Positions 1-13,471 of a stretch of 64,000 bases of DNA are shown one piece after another. Position 1 is the first letter of the stretch. Each line of letters opens with the position of its first letter. The notes under the pieces were generated by a model. It saw only the letters and a list, made by a program, of their open reading frames with translations. It was not told the DNA's origin and made no database searches. Position numbers and translations under genes: made by a program. Origin of the DNA: Octopus sinensis (taxonomy: Eukaryota); assembly GCF_006345805.1 (NCBI RefSeq), contig NC_043014.1, positions 40,362,001 to 40,426,000 of the forward strand, given 5' to 3'.

Positions 1-648
1 TTAAATGCACGATGTACTTTTAATGTGCATATTATGTATATATATACATTTTGATAGACAAAACTTTAATATTTAAATGTACCATGTACTTTTAATGTGC
101 ATATTATATATATATATAAAAATAAATATAAGAGAATGGTCACTATGTGGCTATGTATATATATATATTTACATATGTATATATACATTTTAATAGACAA
201 AACTTTAATATTTAAATGTACCATGTACTTTTAATGTGCAGGTTTATAATCTTCAGAATATTATTTCTCTTGTTTAATTTTCCCATGTAATTTGTGTCTG
301 TGTTTGTCCCCCACCATCACTTGACAACTGGTGTTCGTGTGTTTACGTCCCCGTAACTTAGCAGTTCGGCAAAAAAGACCAATAGCCTAAGCACCAGGCT
401 TTCTAAGAATAAGTCTTGGATGCAATTTGTTTAACTAAAACCCTTTAAAGTGGTGCTCCAGCATGGCCACAGTCAAATGACTGAAACATGTAAAAGAATA
501 AAAGTAAAAGGGCAATGACCAGAATCTACATCAATTACTCCTGTCCATTCTTGTATAATGTGAGGCAACATGCAGTCCTCTGGTCCATCTGATCCTATGA
601 GATCATCCAAGGACATGCAAGCATGGTAGACAGGCATTAAAAAATAAG

Positions 649-945
649 ATGATGATGATGATGATGATGATGATGATCATGATGATCATGATGATGATCA
701 TGATGATGATGATGAGGATGATCATGATGATGATGATGACAACGACGACGACGATGATGATGATGATGATGATGATGACGTTGATGATGATGGTGATGAT
801 GTTGATGATGATGATGTTGATGATGGTGATGGTGATGGTGATGATGACGATGACGACAATGATGGTGATGATGATGATGATGATGATAACGACGACGATG
901 GTGATGATGATGATGGTGATGACGATGGTGATGATGATAATTATG

Positions 946-977
<32 letters not shown>

Positions 978-978
978 G
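649..978. repeat. (GAT)n microsatellite
   Basis: Imperfect trinucleotide tract ending 22 nt before the exon 1 acceptor. Confidence 0.97.
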
Positions 979-1000
979 TCTTTTTCTTTTCCAATTTCAG

Positions 1001-1208
1001 TTATTTAGAGAAGAAGAGGCTGCTTTTCCCTCGCTTTTTCTTTGTGTCTGATCCGGCCTTATTGGAAATTCTTGGTCAAGCCAGTGACTGCCACACCATC
1101 CAGGCTCACCTTCTCAGTGTCTTCGATAACATAAAGCTGGTGAAATTTCATGAAAAGCAATATGAAACAATACTATCTGTGGAATCAGGTGAAGGAGAAT
1201 GTATGGAA
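1001..1208 (+). CDS. DNAH5: Axonemal dynein heavy chain (DNAH5/8-like), window exon 1, linker region
   Basis: ttcag acceptor, then (T)[45 protein letters not shown]...GECME, then gtaagt donor; matches the remembered DNAH5/8 motif [29 protein letters not shown]. DNAH5 versus DNAH8 orthology cannot be settled by eye. Confidence 0.95.
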
Positions 1209-1475
1209 GTAAGTAAAGGCTATAATATTAATTCCTTTTTACCTCCGCCTAGGGAGGAGGTTATGTTTTCGTTTTCATCGGCGTTGGTTTGTCCGTCTGT
1301 CTGTCTGTGTGCAAAATAACTCAAAACGTTGTGAATGGTATTTGATGAAACTTGCAGGAAATGTTGGTAATGACACAAGGAACAGATCATGAAATTTTGG
1401 TAGTGATCTAAGAATTTTTATGAATTCCTGAAGGATTTTTCTTTTGTTATATTTACCTTACATGATACTCTAACC

Positions 1476-1659
1476 CAGTGCTTTTCAAACTTTTTGCTGG
1501 AGCGGAACCCCAAAGAAACATTCCACTGACTCGAGGAACCCCTGTGCAATAATTTAATAGTCTTATGCACACATATCTGCACAGGAGACTTCTTGTGGAA
1601 CCCCTGGACTGTACTGGCGGAACCCTAAGGTTCCGTGGAACCCTGGTTGAAAACCACTG
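1476..1659. mobile_element. hAT-Charlie (MER5/MER58-like) MITE
   Basis: CAGTGCTTTTCAA...TTGAAAACCACTG; flanks CTCTAACC/CTCTTAAC; internal GGAACCC repeats. Confidence 0.75.
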
Positions 1660-1847
1660 CTCTTAACACTGAACTGAATAAAGATTGCTTAAATTATAGG
1701 TTTTGTTTTACCTGCCCTGTCGCTGCGATTCATCATGTTTTAACATTTATTTGTCTTCTTAAAACAAAATATCTATAAAACTACTAAGAATATGTTATTG
1801 GTATATATTTTATTAATCTGAAATATGAATAACAAAATCAGTCCAGA

Positions 1848-1849
<2 letters not shown>

Positions 1850-1896
<47 letters not shown>

Positions 1897-2283
1897 AACA
1901 TGCACAAACCACACACACACACACACACAAACCACACACACAAACACAGAAACCACACACACTCACACACAAACCACACACACACACACACACACAAACC
2001 ACACACACACAAACCACACCACACACACACAACACAAACCACACACACAAACACAGAACCACACACACTCACACACAAACCACACACACACACACACACA
2101 AACCACACACACAAACACAGAAACCACACACACTCACACACAAACCACACACACACACACACACAAACCACACACACACACACACAAACCACACACACAA
2201 ACACAGAAACCACACACACTCACACACAAACCACACACACACACACACACACACACAAACCACACACACAAACCACACACACC
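1850..2283. repeat. Compound (CT)n/(CA)n microsatellite with ACAAACC interruptions
   Basis: Read directly. Confidence 0.97.
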
Positions 2284-2482
2284 AATCATTACATCAATTT
2301 TCATAAAGAGAACAACTAATTCAGAGGAGAGGGGAAATTTCTTATTTACAGTTTATAGCAAAACTGAAACACAAATGGATACACTAAACGATTAGAGAAT
2401 TCTATAATCTGTGCCCGCTCCTGGCAAATCTTCTCTAATTCTTTCCACCGCTTTAGGTCCACCACCTTGCATATATACACAT

Positions 2483-2850
2483 GGAAGGAGGTGCAAAATC
2501 ACCTCCCTCCGACAAGTCATCCTAACGAGACGTCTGCATTGGCTGGGTCATGCCCTCCGTCGAAAACCAGGAGAATTCATCTACGAAGCAATTGCCCCAG
2601 CTCCCCTTCAGGGTTGGCGAAAGCGATGTGGTGGACAAGGAAAAACCTGGCTGATGACAAGCAAGGCTGATCTGGAACCCAACCTAGGCCCTTATATCTA
2701 TGGTGTTCACTGCTGGAATAAGGAGTGGTTGAAGATCACGCGGTCGTTAGCCTCAAATCGCCAGGCCTGGTCGGCGTTTGTGAGAGATGCAGCATTGAGG
2801 ATGAATGAAGCCAGCTCAATGGGTGAATGCTGTCTCAAGACAAGACAAGA
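2483..2850 (+). mobile_element. RTE-clade LINE 3' fragment
   Basis: RRLHWLGHALRR...GQGKTW...ASNRQAWSAFV C-terminal motif, ending in a (CAAGA)3 tail. Confidence 0.7.
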
Positions 2851-3551
2851 TATATACACACACTAAGAGCAAAAGTACATCTGGTCACCAAAATAAACCC
2901 TGAGGCATACACTTCAAACCAACAAAGTCACTTGTCCTGATGATGTTTCTCTCATAATGCTCAAACACCGCAACCAAGAGCTAACCTGAATAGTTGAGTC
3001 ATACATGTATGTGTGTGTGTGTGTGTTTCTAACACTCCCAAACATACAGTATATTGGGAAATGCAGATAAGCTCATGCATTTATAATATGTTTCTGTTCC
3101 AAGGTGGCGAGCTGGCAGAAACGTTAGCATGCCAGGCGAAATGCGTTGCTGTATTTCGTCTGCCGTTATGTTCTGAGTTCAAATTCCGCCGAGGTCGACT
3201 TTGCCTTTCATCCTTTTGGGGTCGATAAATTAAGTACCAGTTACGCACTGGTGTTGATGTAATCGACTTAATCCATTTGTCTGTCCTTGTTTGTCCCCTC
3301 TGTGTTTAGCCCCTTGTGGGTAGTAAAGAAATAGGTATTTCGTCTGTTGCTACGTTCTGAGTTCAAATTCCGCCGCGGTCGACTTTGCCTTTCATCCTTT
3401 CAGGATCGATAAATTAAGTACCAGTTACGCACTGGGGGTCGATGTAATCAACTTAATCTGTTTGTCTGTCCGTGTTTGTCCGCTCTGTGTTTAGCCCCTT
3501 GTGGGTTGTAAAGAAATATATAATATGTTTCTGTTCCTCTAATATTTTCAG

Positions 3552-3713
3552 TTAGACAAACCAGTAAAAGCTGAAGGAAATGTAGAAGTTTGGCTCATGT
3601 CATTAATGAAAATGGCGCAAAAGTCTCTCCATGGAATCATAAGGAAAGCTGCAAATGCAATAGAAGAATCAAATTTTAAACTATTGGAGTTTCTCAATTC
3701 ATTTCCAGCACAA
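3552..3713 (+). CDS. DNAH5: Dynein heavy chain exon 2
   Basis: ttcag|[20 protein letters not shown]...[10 protein letters not shown]|gtaagt; 162 nt, phase 0/0, continues exon 1. Confidence 0.95.
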
Positions 3714-3921
3714 GTAAGTAATCGGGATTCTGTTATACAAACCATGATTTTTCTTAAGTTGAACAAATTTGTCCTTTACCAAAAATATCTTTGTCCTTTA
3801 TCAAAAAAAAAAAAAAAAAATGCTGGAACTTTCATAGTGATTTATGTGTCTTTTAAGGACAATGTCTTTGCATTTTTTTGTCTCTGTATGCATTTTTGAT
3901 AATGTTATTGCCATATATTTT

Positions 3922-4322
3922 GGATCTTTTCGGTTTGAACGGTAGTTTTTAACATAATTTCTAGGTAACTAAAAAATTTTAAACTTCGTATACTGGTAAA
4001 ATGTGTTTATAAAACATCTTTTTCTCTTGGCTTTATTAAGAAAATTTTATATTTTGTAAGATATTTGTTGTTTTTTTCTTCAATTTCTGCAATTTCAACC
4101 AATCACTGATGTCTATTGATATAAAAAAACATTCTGTGCCATATGAACATGTCCCTGGGTTTTTTTTACATTTCTGAAGAAAAAAAGATACCCTTCCCCC
4201 AACCCCTAACCCTAACTCTAAAACGGATTGAAATGCAATAGATTGATACTAGGGTCATAATTATGGGTGACAATTTCATATGACACCGCTAGAAAAAACT
4301 GCCGTTCAAACCGAAAAAATCC
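3922..4322 (+). mobile_element. hAT-type MITE (GGATC family)
   Basis: TIR GGATCTTTTCGGTTTGAACGG; 8-bp TSD TATATTTT on both sides. Confidence 0.9.
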
Positions 4323-4370
4323 TATATTTTTTATCTATGGAAACATAAATCTCTACTGAAATATTTCAAG

Positions 4371-4601
4371 GTTGGAATACTTGGGATACAGTTATTATGG
4401 ACAAGAGATGCAACAAATGCATTGACCGATGCACGTAGTGACCGCAAGCGTAAACCAATGCAGCAAGCAAACCAATCATTTTTGAAGCTCCTGAATACCC
4501 TCATCACCCAAACCACCGCGGATCTGAACCAAATAAACCGAACCAAGTATGAGACCCTGATCACGATACATGTCCACCAGAGAGATATTTTTGATGAACT
4601 G
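4371..4601 (+). CDS. DNAH5: Dynein heavy chain exon 3
   Basis: ttcaag|[14 protein letters not shown]...[19 protein letters not shown]|gttagt; 231 nt, phase 0/0. Confidence 0.95.
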
Positions 4602-4699
4602 GTTAGTAATTTCCCCCAAAACATTCAAAATTATTGATATATTATTACTAGTAATTTCCACCAACTTTTCAAGCTGCTCTTTAACCTTAAGCTTTTAAA

Positions 4700-4809
4700 T
4701 CATCGTCATCGTCATCGTCATCATCATCATCATCACCATCACCACCACCACCACCACCATCATTATCATCATCATCATCATCATCACCACCACCACCATC
4801 ACCACAATC

Positions 4810-4877
<68 letters not shown>
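4700..4877. repeat. (CAT)n/(CAC)n microsatellite, expanded tail of a family C SINE
   Basis: Abuts tttaacgtccgctttccatg. Confidence 0.95.
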
Positions 4878-5564
4878 TTAACGTCCGCTTTCCATGCTAG
4901 CATGGGTTGGAAGATTTGACTGAGGACTGGCGAACCAGATGGCTGCACCAGGCTCCAATCTTGATCTGGCAGAGTTTCTACAGCTGGATGCCCTTCCTAA
5001 TGCCAACCACTTCGAGAGTGTAGTGGATGCTTTTATGTGCCACTGGCAGGAGGCCAATCTGGCAGTACTGGCAACGGCCACACTCAAATGATGTTTTTTA
5101 CGTGCCACCTGCACAGGAGTCAGCTCAGCGGCACTGGCAATGATGTAATACTTATTTATACACATTGTTTTGAATCAATCATGCATTGTTTCTGAGCTTC
5201 AACATTTCTATGAAGTGATTGTTGATTTTTAGAATGACATTTTTGGGCAGGTGTGAGAGGCTGGATCTGATCAGTTTGAATATAAATCATGCAGAATATT
5301 TGGGTCAGATAACATCATCATCGTTTAACATCTGCCTTCCATACTGCATGGTTGGACGGTTTGACCAGGAGCTGGCCAGGCAGAAACTTCTGTGTCTGTT
5401 TTGGCATGGTTTTTTTATGGCTGGATGCCCTTCCTAACACCAACCCCACCACAGAGTGAATTGGATAGTTTTTACATGGCATCAGCACTGGCTGGGTCAC
5501 CGAGTAACTTGCAAGATAAGGTTTAAATGCTAAAGGATTAAGCAGTATCCCTGGTAAAAAAAGC

Positions 5565-6310
5565 CTCTACCTTTGATATCTGCTGTACAGCTAACTCCAC
5601 ACTGCACACACTTGGCAAATCTCCTCCAGTTCTTTCCACCTCTTCAGGTCCATCACCTTGCATAAACACACATAAAACACCAAGAGCAAAACTACATTTG
5701 GTCACAAAAGCAAACCTTGGGGCATAAACTTATAAACTTCAAACTAACAAACCCAGTGGTTCTGATGATGTTCCTCCCATGGCCAAGAGCAAAGCTCTAA
5801 ACTCACCAACCTCTTCGTTCGTCTCAAAAGAGATTCTATCCAGATGTTTGGAAACATGCTGCAGTGTGTTCCATCACCAAGAACATTGAGCTCTCTGACC
5901 CTGTCAGCAATCACTTCCTCATACATACTTTTCCAATACCTTAAAGACAAACATTAATGATGACATACACTCTCTCTCTTTTCTTAGTGACTGACAGTAA
6001 ATGCTTTGTAAATCTAAGTCCATTGGTGACTCATTCTCTTTAGTCATCCACCAGTGAGTTCTTACTGTGGAAAACTTCGGTGAAAGCAATGTTGTGACCC
6101 TCAGCATCAGTAAAGCTTTCAAACATGCCTAGCATGTAAATCTCCTATCAAAAATTCCTGTCTATAAGTTTCACCCATCTCTCATCTTTTGGATCAGCTT
6201 CCTATCATAACATCACTATTGCCACGTGTATTAATGCAATTAATTCTGTCCTTCATTCTATCAAATCTGGTATGCCCTAAGGTTTGGTTTAGTTCCCCTT
6301 TCTCGTCGTG
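5565..6310 (+). mobile_element. Decayed CR1/Zenon-like LINE reverse transcriptase fragment
   Basis: GESNVVTLSISKAFKHA*HVNLLSKIPVYKFHPSLIFWISFLS resembles the RT block LDISKAFDRVWH..LLSKL; SGMP*G follows. A related short piece lies at ~2855-2990. Confidence 0.65.
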
Positions 6311-7510
6311 TACTTTTGCTCTTAGTCATCATCATCATCATCATCGTTTAACGTCCGCTTTCCATGCTAGCATGGGTTGGACGGTTCAACTGGGGTCTGG
6401 GAAGCCCGAAGGCTGCACCAGGCCAGTCAGATCTGGCGGTGTTTCTACAGCTGGATGCCCTTCCTAACGCCAACCACTCCGTGAGTGTAGTGGGTGCTCT
6501 TTATGTGCCACTGACACAGGTGCCAGACGAGGCTGGCAAACGGCCACACTTGGATGGTGTTTTTTATATCCTGTCTTGTCGTAAGACAGCATTCACCCGG
6601 GGTGGGTTGAGCTGCCTTCATTCATCCTCAATGCTGCATCTCTTGCAAACGCTGACCAGGCCTGGCGATTTGAGGCTAACGACCGCGTGATCTCCAACCA
6701 CTCCTTATTCCAGCGGCAAACGCTGTAGATATGGCGGGCCTAGGTTGGGTTCCAGATCAGCCTTGACTGTATGTATGTGTATGTGTCTCACTGTCTTTGA
6801 CAGCATGATAGCCATAAAACAAGCACCACTGTCTTACAAGCAGCATTTATTCATTTTCCAATCTTCCAAGAAAAAATGTTCAACTACAAGGTAACATTAT
6901 GTTGCTTGGAAACAGGCAAGAGTTGGTGACAGGAAGAGTTGGAGTATGCTTCAATGAATTCCTTTTCTACTCTAGGCACAAGGCCTGTAATTTGGGGGGG
7001 GAGGCCAGTGGATTAGATCAACTCCAGTATGTAATTGGTACTTAATTTATCGACCCTGAAAGGACGATAGGCAAAGTCGACCTTGGTGGAAATTGAACTC
7101 AGAACATAAAGATAGATGAAATATCACTAAGCATTTTGCCCCATGTGCTAAGGTTTCTTATTTCTTTACTGCCCACAAGGGGCTACACAGAGGGGTCAAA
7201 CAAGGACAGACAAACGGATTAAGTCGATTATATCGACCCCAGTGTGTAACTGGTACTTATTTAATTGACCCCGAAAGGATGAAAGGCAAAGTCGACCTCG
7301 GCGGAATTTGAACTCAGAACATAGCGGCAGACAAAATATCGCTAAGCATTTTGCCCCGCGTGCTAACGTTTCTGTCAGCTCGCTGCCTTGTGCCCCAATG
7401 AATTCCATCAGACCCATGCAAGCATGGAAAAGTGTGGATGTTAAAGTTATGATGAGATGATGGTTATACTATGTACATACACAAATTAATGTATTTTCGT
7501 TCTTTTTCAG

Positions 7511-7683
7511 TGTCATACAAATGTAAGAAGTCCAACAGATTTTGAATGGTTAAAACAGTCACGCTTTTACTTCATAGAAGACCAAGACAAATGTGTAGTA
7601 TCAATCACAAATGTCAACTTCACTTATCAGAATGAATTCCTTGGCTGCACAGAACGACTAGTCATAACTCCACTGACTGACAG
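7511..7683 (+). CDS. DNAH5: Dynein heavy chain exon 4 (absent from the ORF track)
   Basis: tttttcag|[21 protein letters not shown]...[21 protein letters not shown]|gtcact; 173 nt, ends in phase 2. Confidence 0.93.
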
Positions 7684-7829
7684 GTCACTTGTAATTTAAT
7701 TATTTCTTTAAATTTTACTTCAGTCACATCCAAAAATCCATAAATTTATTGTTAGGTAGCTAGAAGGAACACCTTCCTCTGTACGATTGTCTGTTAATAT
7801 ATTTAATCCAGAGTAAAATGTATCTCTGA

Positions 7830-8750
7830 AGGCATGTAGCCTAGTGGGTATGATGTTGCACTCGGAATTGCAAGATTGGTATTTGAAGAGCAAGGAAAGA
7901 ATTCCAGAGGGATGATGTTTTGAGAAGGCAGGACTGGATGTAGTGATTAGTGTAAAGCCTGCCAGGTTGAACACAACAACGGTGATGAGAGGAGGAGAGA
8001 CAAGTGGGGTGGGAGTGCCTGGGTGGATGCAGCACAAATGCAGCCAGCTCCAAGGAGTTAAGGCTATTATAGTAGAGATAGAAAAGATAGAAGGAAAATA
8101 AGTGTCAATGAAAAGACAGGGCTTGTGGGGTCGGAGCATACCTGTTTATTTTTATCTCATTTGTTTTTAGTGATTGTAATTATCGTTTTTGTGTACCATT
8201 CGATTGGATGTGCTGTCCCCCTCTTTGTTAACCCTTTATGGGATATAATAAAACTAGAAAAGATAGAGAGGGAAACAGCATGCTTGTGGGCCAGAAATCA
8301 GAGCATGTCTTTAAGTGACTTTATGCTAATCAATCAGATTGTCTGTAGGTGGACTAATGTCCTTGGAAAGTGTTGAGACAATATTTTAGTGTTAACAAAA
8401 GAAGGCTGCTAGGTTTCCATTGTGAAATATTCTGAAGGTAACCATTTGAAACAGATATGCAGATTAAACAGATGGTAAAGGTGTCATGATTGGACAAATA
8501 TTATGTGAGAAACAAGAGCAAAGACCATTAAATTGTTGCTATGCAACTGTAAACATACAGAAGAAGTAAAGAAGAAAGAAGAATTTACAGTAAGATTACA
8601 AGTGTGAAGGATTGTAGAAGAAAACATTTTACTGTTGATGTTTGGTATAGGGTTCAGGAAAATAAATGAACTAGAAGCAGGGAAATGAATACCACCAGGT
8701 ATTTTAAAACTATTCAAAACTGAGAGTAATCATCAAACATTAGAAGCAAT
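7830..8750 (-). mobile_element. Decayed CR1/Zenon-like LINE 3' fragment
   Basis: Minus-strand FYLYYNSLNSLELAAFVLHPP...YTNHYIQSCLLKTSSLWNSF resembles the Zenon-type C-terminus (RTS.LWN.LP); frameshifted, boundaries approximate. Confidence 0.5.
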
Positions 8751-9451
8751 GTTGATTAAATCCATGATAAAAGAAGCTCAGGAAGGAACACAGCACAACA
8801 ATAAACCTTGGAATAAAGACTTTCTGTTATTAATTTCTAAGCAATTAGATAGATGACTTAATTATTTTTCAGTTAGATACATTCTCTTCATCATTGTACT
8901 GTCCAGGTTATCCAATGTTGTGTTAACACTGCTAGTCACAATGCACTTCCTTGCATTGTTGTAAATTTTGAATGCTGCTACGTCTCTGGCTGGGTGGGCA
9001 GGCCAACACTTGGCCAACATTCTCACTGAATGGAATGTCAGTCTGCTAGTCTGCTGCAGGGTTACCCTCTTACAGTCAAGTGAAGTGGAGCAGTGTGAAA
9101 TGAAGCGTTTTGCTCAAGGCCCTGCAAAGGCCTTGGATGCTGCTCTTTCCTTAGGATCCAGCAATGAAGATAAAAAAGTATGAAGTCACTACATTTCTCA
9201 GGGGCCTTCAGCTCACCGCTCTTTATTCTTCTATTCTTGACCCTCAGTTTCAAGGCTTTGTCTGTCTTATCTCCAATAATGCATACAATGTGATCTAGAA
9301 TATGTGAGCCTAACTTTAGGACCTAAAAACCAACAATATTTCGTTTTTGGATTTGGTTTGCACGATTCTTTATATGAGTTCATGTGTTGAAGCATATTCT
9401 GTTGTATCTGGAGACAGTCATTTTCTTTTTGCTCCTTATAATGTAAACAAC

Positions 9452-9610
9452 ACTCACTGGTAAAATTTCCACTTATTTCTTATTTTTATTTTCCTCAAAT
9501 TTTCGTTGCATCTTACAACCTTTTCAATAGTCTTGACTCTTGTTTTCAAGACGCAACGAAAATTTTAGGAAAATAAAGATAAGAAATAAGTGGAAATTTT
9601 ACCGGTGAGT
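9452..9610. repeat. Palindromic MITE-like element
   Basis: About 63-bp inverted arms (actcactggtaaaatttccac... / ...gtggaaattttaccggtgagt) with few mismatches. Confidence 0.75.
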
Positions 9611-10574
9611 ATGTTACATTATTTACTCATTTCTCATTTACTCATTTACTTGTTTCAGTCATCTGACTGTGGTAATACTGGAGCACCGCCTTTAGTCGAG
9701 GAAATCGACCCCAGGACTTATTCTTTGTAAGCCTGGTACTTATTCTATCGGTCTCTTTTGCCGAACCGCTAAATTTCGGGGACGTAAACACACCAGCATT
9801 GGTTGTCAAGCGATGTTGGGGGGAACAAACACAACACACAAACATACACTTATATACATAAAAAGCACCCACTACATTCACGGAGTGGTTGGCGTTAGGA
9901 AGGGCATCCAGCCGTAGAAACGCTGCCAGATCTGACTGGGCCTGATGAAGCCTTCCGGCTTCACAGACCCCAGTTGAACCGTCCAACCCATGCTAGCATG
10001 GAAAACGGACGCTAAACGATGATGATGATGATGATGATGATACGACGGGCTTCTTTCAGTTTCTGTCTACCAAATCCACTCACAAGGCTTTGGTCGGCCC
10101 GAGGCTATAGTAGAAGACACTTGCCCAAGGTGCCACGCAGTGGGACTGAACCTGGAACCATGTGGTTCATAAGCAAACTACTTACCACAGAGCCACTCCT
10201 ACGCCCAAAAATATTTATAAGGCACAAAAATATTTATAAGGCACAAAAAGGAAATGATTTTCCCCAGACACAACAGAACCAACAATATATTTTTCATTTA
10301 TTTATGGACTTTATTTATACGCTCGCTACATAAACAATATAATGTTTTGACTTTAATGCTTAGTATTAAATTTCTCACAATACACACAAGGAAATATGGG
10401 AAGACTCTCCTCTCTCGGGCAGAGTTTCCTTTTTCCCCTCTTCAATGTAATAAAATACTTTAGTTTCAAGCAACTACCAACTATAGCAGTGCAGTTACTC
10501 TCTACATTACAGTACTACTAAAAAATGTTTGAGAACATGTACAAATGTACATGCACACACTCATATGCATGCAT

Positions 10575-10589
10575 GTATGTGTGTGTGTA

Positions 10590-10629
<40 letters not shown>

Positions 10630-10797
10630 TGTGTGTTTGTGTGTATATCTGTGTGTGTGTGTATCTGTGTGTGTGTGTGTGTTTGTGTGTGTGTATCTGT
10701 GTGTGTATTTGTGTTTGTGTGTATCTGTGTGTGTGTTTGTGTGTGTATATGTTTGTGTGTATCTGTGTGTGTGTTTGTGTGTGTATATGTGTGTGTG

Positions 10798-10831
<34 letters not shown>

Positions 10832-10962
10832 GTGTCTGTGTGTATGTTTGTGTGTGTGTGTGTGTGTTTATCTGTGTGTGTTTGTGCATGTGTGTGTGTG
10901 TGCGTGTGTCTGTGTGTGTATGTCTGTGTGTGTGCATGTGTGTGTGTGTCTCTGTGTGTGTA
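10575..10962. repeat. Imperfect (GT)n microsatellite
   Basis: Read directly. Confidence 0.97.
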
Positions 10963-11163
10963 CAGTTTCAGGATTACTTTAAAAAATGTCAGCTATCTCG
11001 CTGCTATCTAACATTTCATTCACCAAGTACTACTATATCTACTGACTCACTCACCATCCAGCTGACATCTGTACTGAATTTTCTTTATATTTTCTACCTC
11101 TGTTGCTTCTCTGGTTATGGTAACTCTCTTGGAGGGATACAGTACAATATCTCTTCTCATTAA

Positions 11164-11384
11164 CCCTTTCGTTACTGAATTTATTTTGTGATGCTCTGTG
11201 TTTCTTTCAATTACTTTAAATATAACAAAGAATTTAATAAAATAACTTCGTTATCATTAAGCTAGCGTTAGGAACATAAATTGTGATTAAGGTTTGGTGG
11301 AAGATTTTAATTCAAAACTTATGTAAACAAAACATTTGTACTACAGAGCCAGAGGCAGTTTCAGCCGGGTTGGTAATGAAAGGG
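11164..11384. mobile_element. piggyBac-type MITE
   Basis: TTAA|CCCTTTCGTTAC...GTAATGAAAGGG|TTAA; a related copy at ~14931-15378 contains a SINE. Confidence 0.8.
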
Positions 11385-11449
11385 TTAAACACACTGTGTG
11401 TCTTTATCAGGGATCTATTTTCCTGAGCAATCTTTTCTACTCAGGTGAG

Positions 11450-11481
<32 letters not shown>

Positions 11482-12806
11482 TCATTTAACGTCCATGCTG
11501 ACATGGGTCAGAGGTTTAACCAGAACTGGCAAGCTAGTGGGGCTGCACCAGATTCCAGTCTGATTTGGTATGGTTTCTATGGCTGGATGCCCTTCCTAAC
11601 ATGCCAACCACTTTACAGAGTGTGCTGGATGCTGTTACATGACACTACATGGGTGCTTTTATGTGGAGTCACACAGGCACTTTTACATACCACTGCACAG
11701 GTGCTTTTATGTGGCCCTGTCACAAGTGCTTTACACCACCAGAGGTCTTAACTCTTCTGCTGTGGAGTACGGGTCTTTTTGAGTACAGCAAAGTGTTAGG
11801 CATGTACCATACAAACATCATCATCGTTTAACGTCCGTTCTCCATGCTAGCATGGGTTGGACGGTGCGACCGGGGATCTGGGAAGCCAGAAGGCTGCACC
11901 AGGCTCCAATCTGATCTGGCAGTGTTTCTACAGCTGGATGCCCTTCCTAACGCCAGTTATCCATATTATCTAGTATGAGGGGGTTATGTCCCCCCACCCA
12001 CTTCTCTTTAGACTAATGCTAATACACTCTATTAAAGTCAACCATCATCATCATCATCATCATCATCATCATTTAATGTCCGCTTTCCAAACTAGCATGG
12101 GTTGGACGATTTGACTGCGGACTGGCAAACCAGATGGCTGCACCAGGCTCCAGTCTGATCAGGCAGAGTTTCTACAGCTGGATGCCCTTCCTAACGCCAA
12201 CCACTCCGAGAGTGTAGTGGGTGCTTTTACGTGCCACCGGCGGTACTGGCAATGGCCACGCTCAAATGGTGCTTTTTTTACAATCCATTGCTCTGTTTCT
12301 AATAGCAGTCCAGAGTGAAGGCATACGGCTTAGTGGTTGGGGGTATTCAGCTCACAATTGTAAAGTTTTGAGTTCAATTCCTAGCCGCATGCTGTGTCTT
12401 TGAGTAAGATACTTTATTTCATGTTGCTCTAGTCCACCTAGCTGGCAAAGATGAGTTTTACCATTATTTCAAAGAGACCGGCCTTGTCACATTCTATGAC
12501 ATGCTGAATCTCCCTGAGAACCACTTTAATGGTATGCATGCCTGTGGAGTACTCAGCCACTTGTATATTAATTTCATGAGCAGGCTGTTCTATTGATTGA
12601 ATCAACTGGAACGCTTGTTATCATAATCGATGCAGTGCCACCTATATCACACTTTGATGTTAGCCAAAAGGCCGAGAAGCGATATTCGGCACTCAAGTAC
12701 AATTTAGGCAAATCTGAACTATATTCCACTTTCACATGCAATTCCTTGTTTGTCTGGGTTTTTTTTTGTATTTAATTATCCATGTAATAATTGTTTTTGT
12801 TAATAA

Positions 12807-13001
<195 letters not shown>

Positions 13002-13094
13002 TGAAATTTCTAAGCACCGAATAAATACAAAAAAATAAGTCCTCACCCCTTGCCAAAACTGGAGGAATCTAATGCAATAGACAATTGGTCTTAA

Positions 13095-13471
13095 TTCTGT
13101 CAAACATACTGTCAAACATTCTGTCAAACATACTGTCAAACATACTGTGACACATACTGTCAAACATTCTGTCAAACATTCTGTTAAACATACTGTCAAA
13201 CATTCTGTCAAACATTCTGTCAAACATACTGTCAAACATACTGTCAAACATTCTGTTAAACATTCTGTCAAACATACTGTCAAACATACTGTCAAACATA
13301 CTGTCAAACATTCTGTTAGACATACTGTCAAACATTCTGTCAAACATACTGTCAAACATACTGTCAAACATTGTCAAACATTCTGTTAAACATTCTGTCA
13401 AACATACTGTCAAACATACTGTCAAACATACTGTCAAACATACTGTCAAACATTCTGTTAAACATACTGTA
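13095..13471. repeat. 12-bp minisatellite (CATACTGTCAAA / CATTCTGTCAAA), about 31 units
   Basis: Read directly; it produces the HTVK/HSVK pseudo-ORFs. Confidence 0.95.

Noticed and set aside
1-240. Three copies of a ~30-70 bp AT-rich unit at the window start
   Set aside because: Ordinary degenerate tandem repeat cut by the window edge; nothing further can be supported.
649-1008. Poly-Met ORF and similar poly-HT, poly-CV and poly-YI ORFs (1825-2319, 4695-4877, 10518-11163, 39110-39539)
   Set aside because: Translations of microsatellites; no splice or domain support.
10019-10333. Recurrent peptides such as [33 protein letters not shown] and MLAWVGRFD...FLQLDALPNAN
   Set aside because: They recur because they are frames of SINE families B and C, not a protein family.
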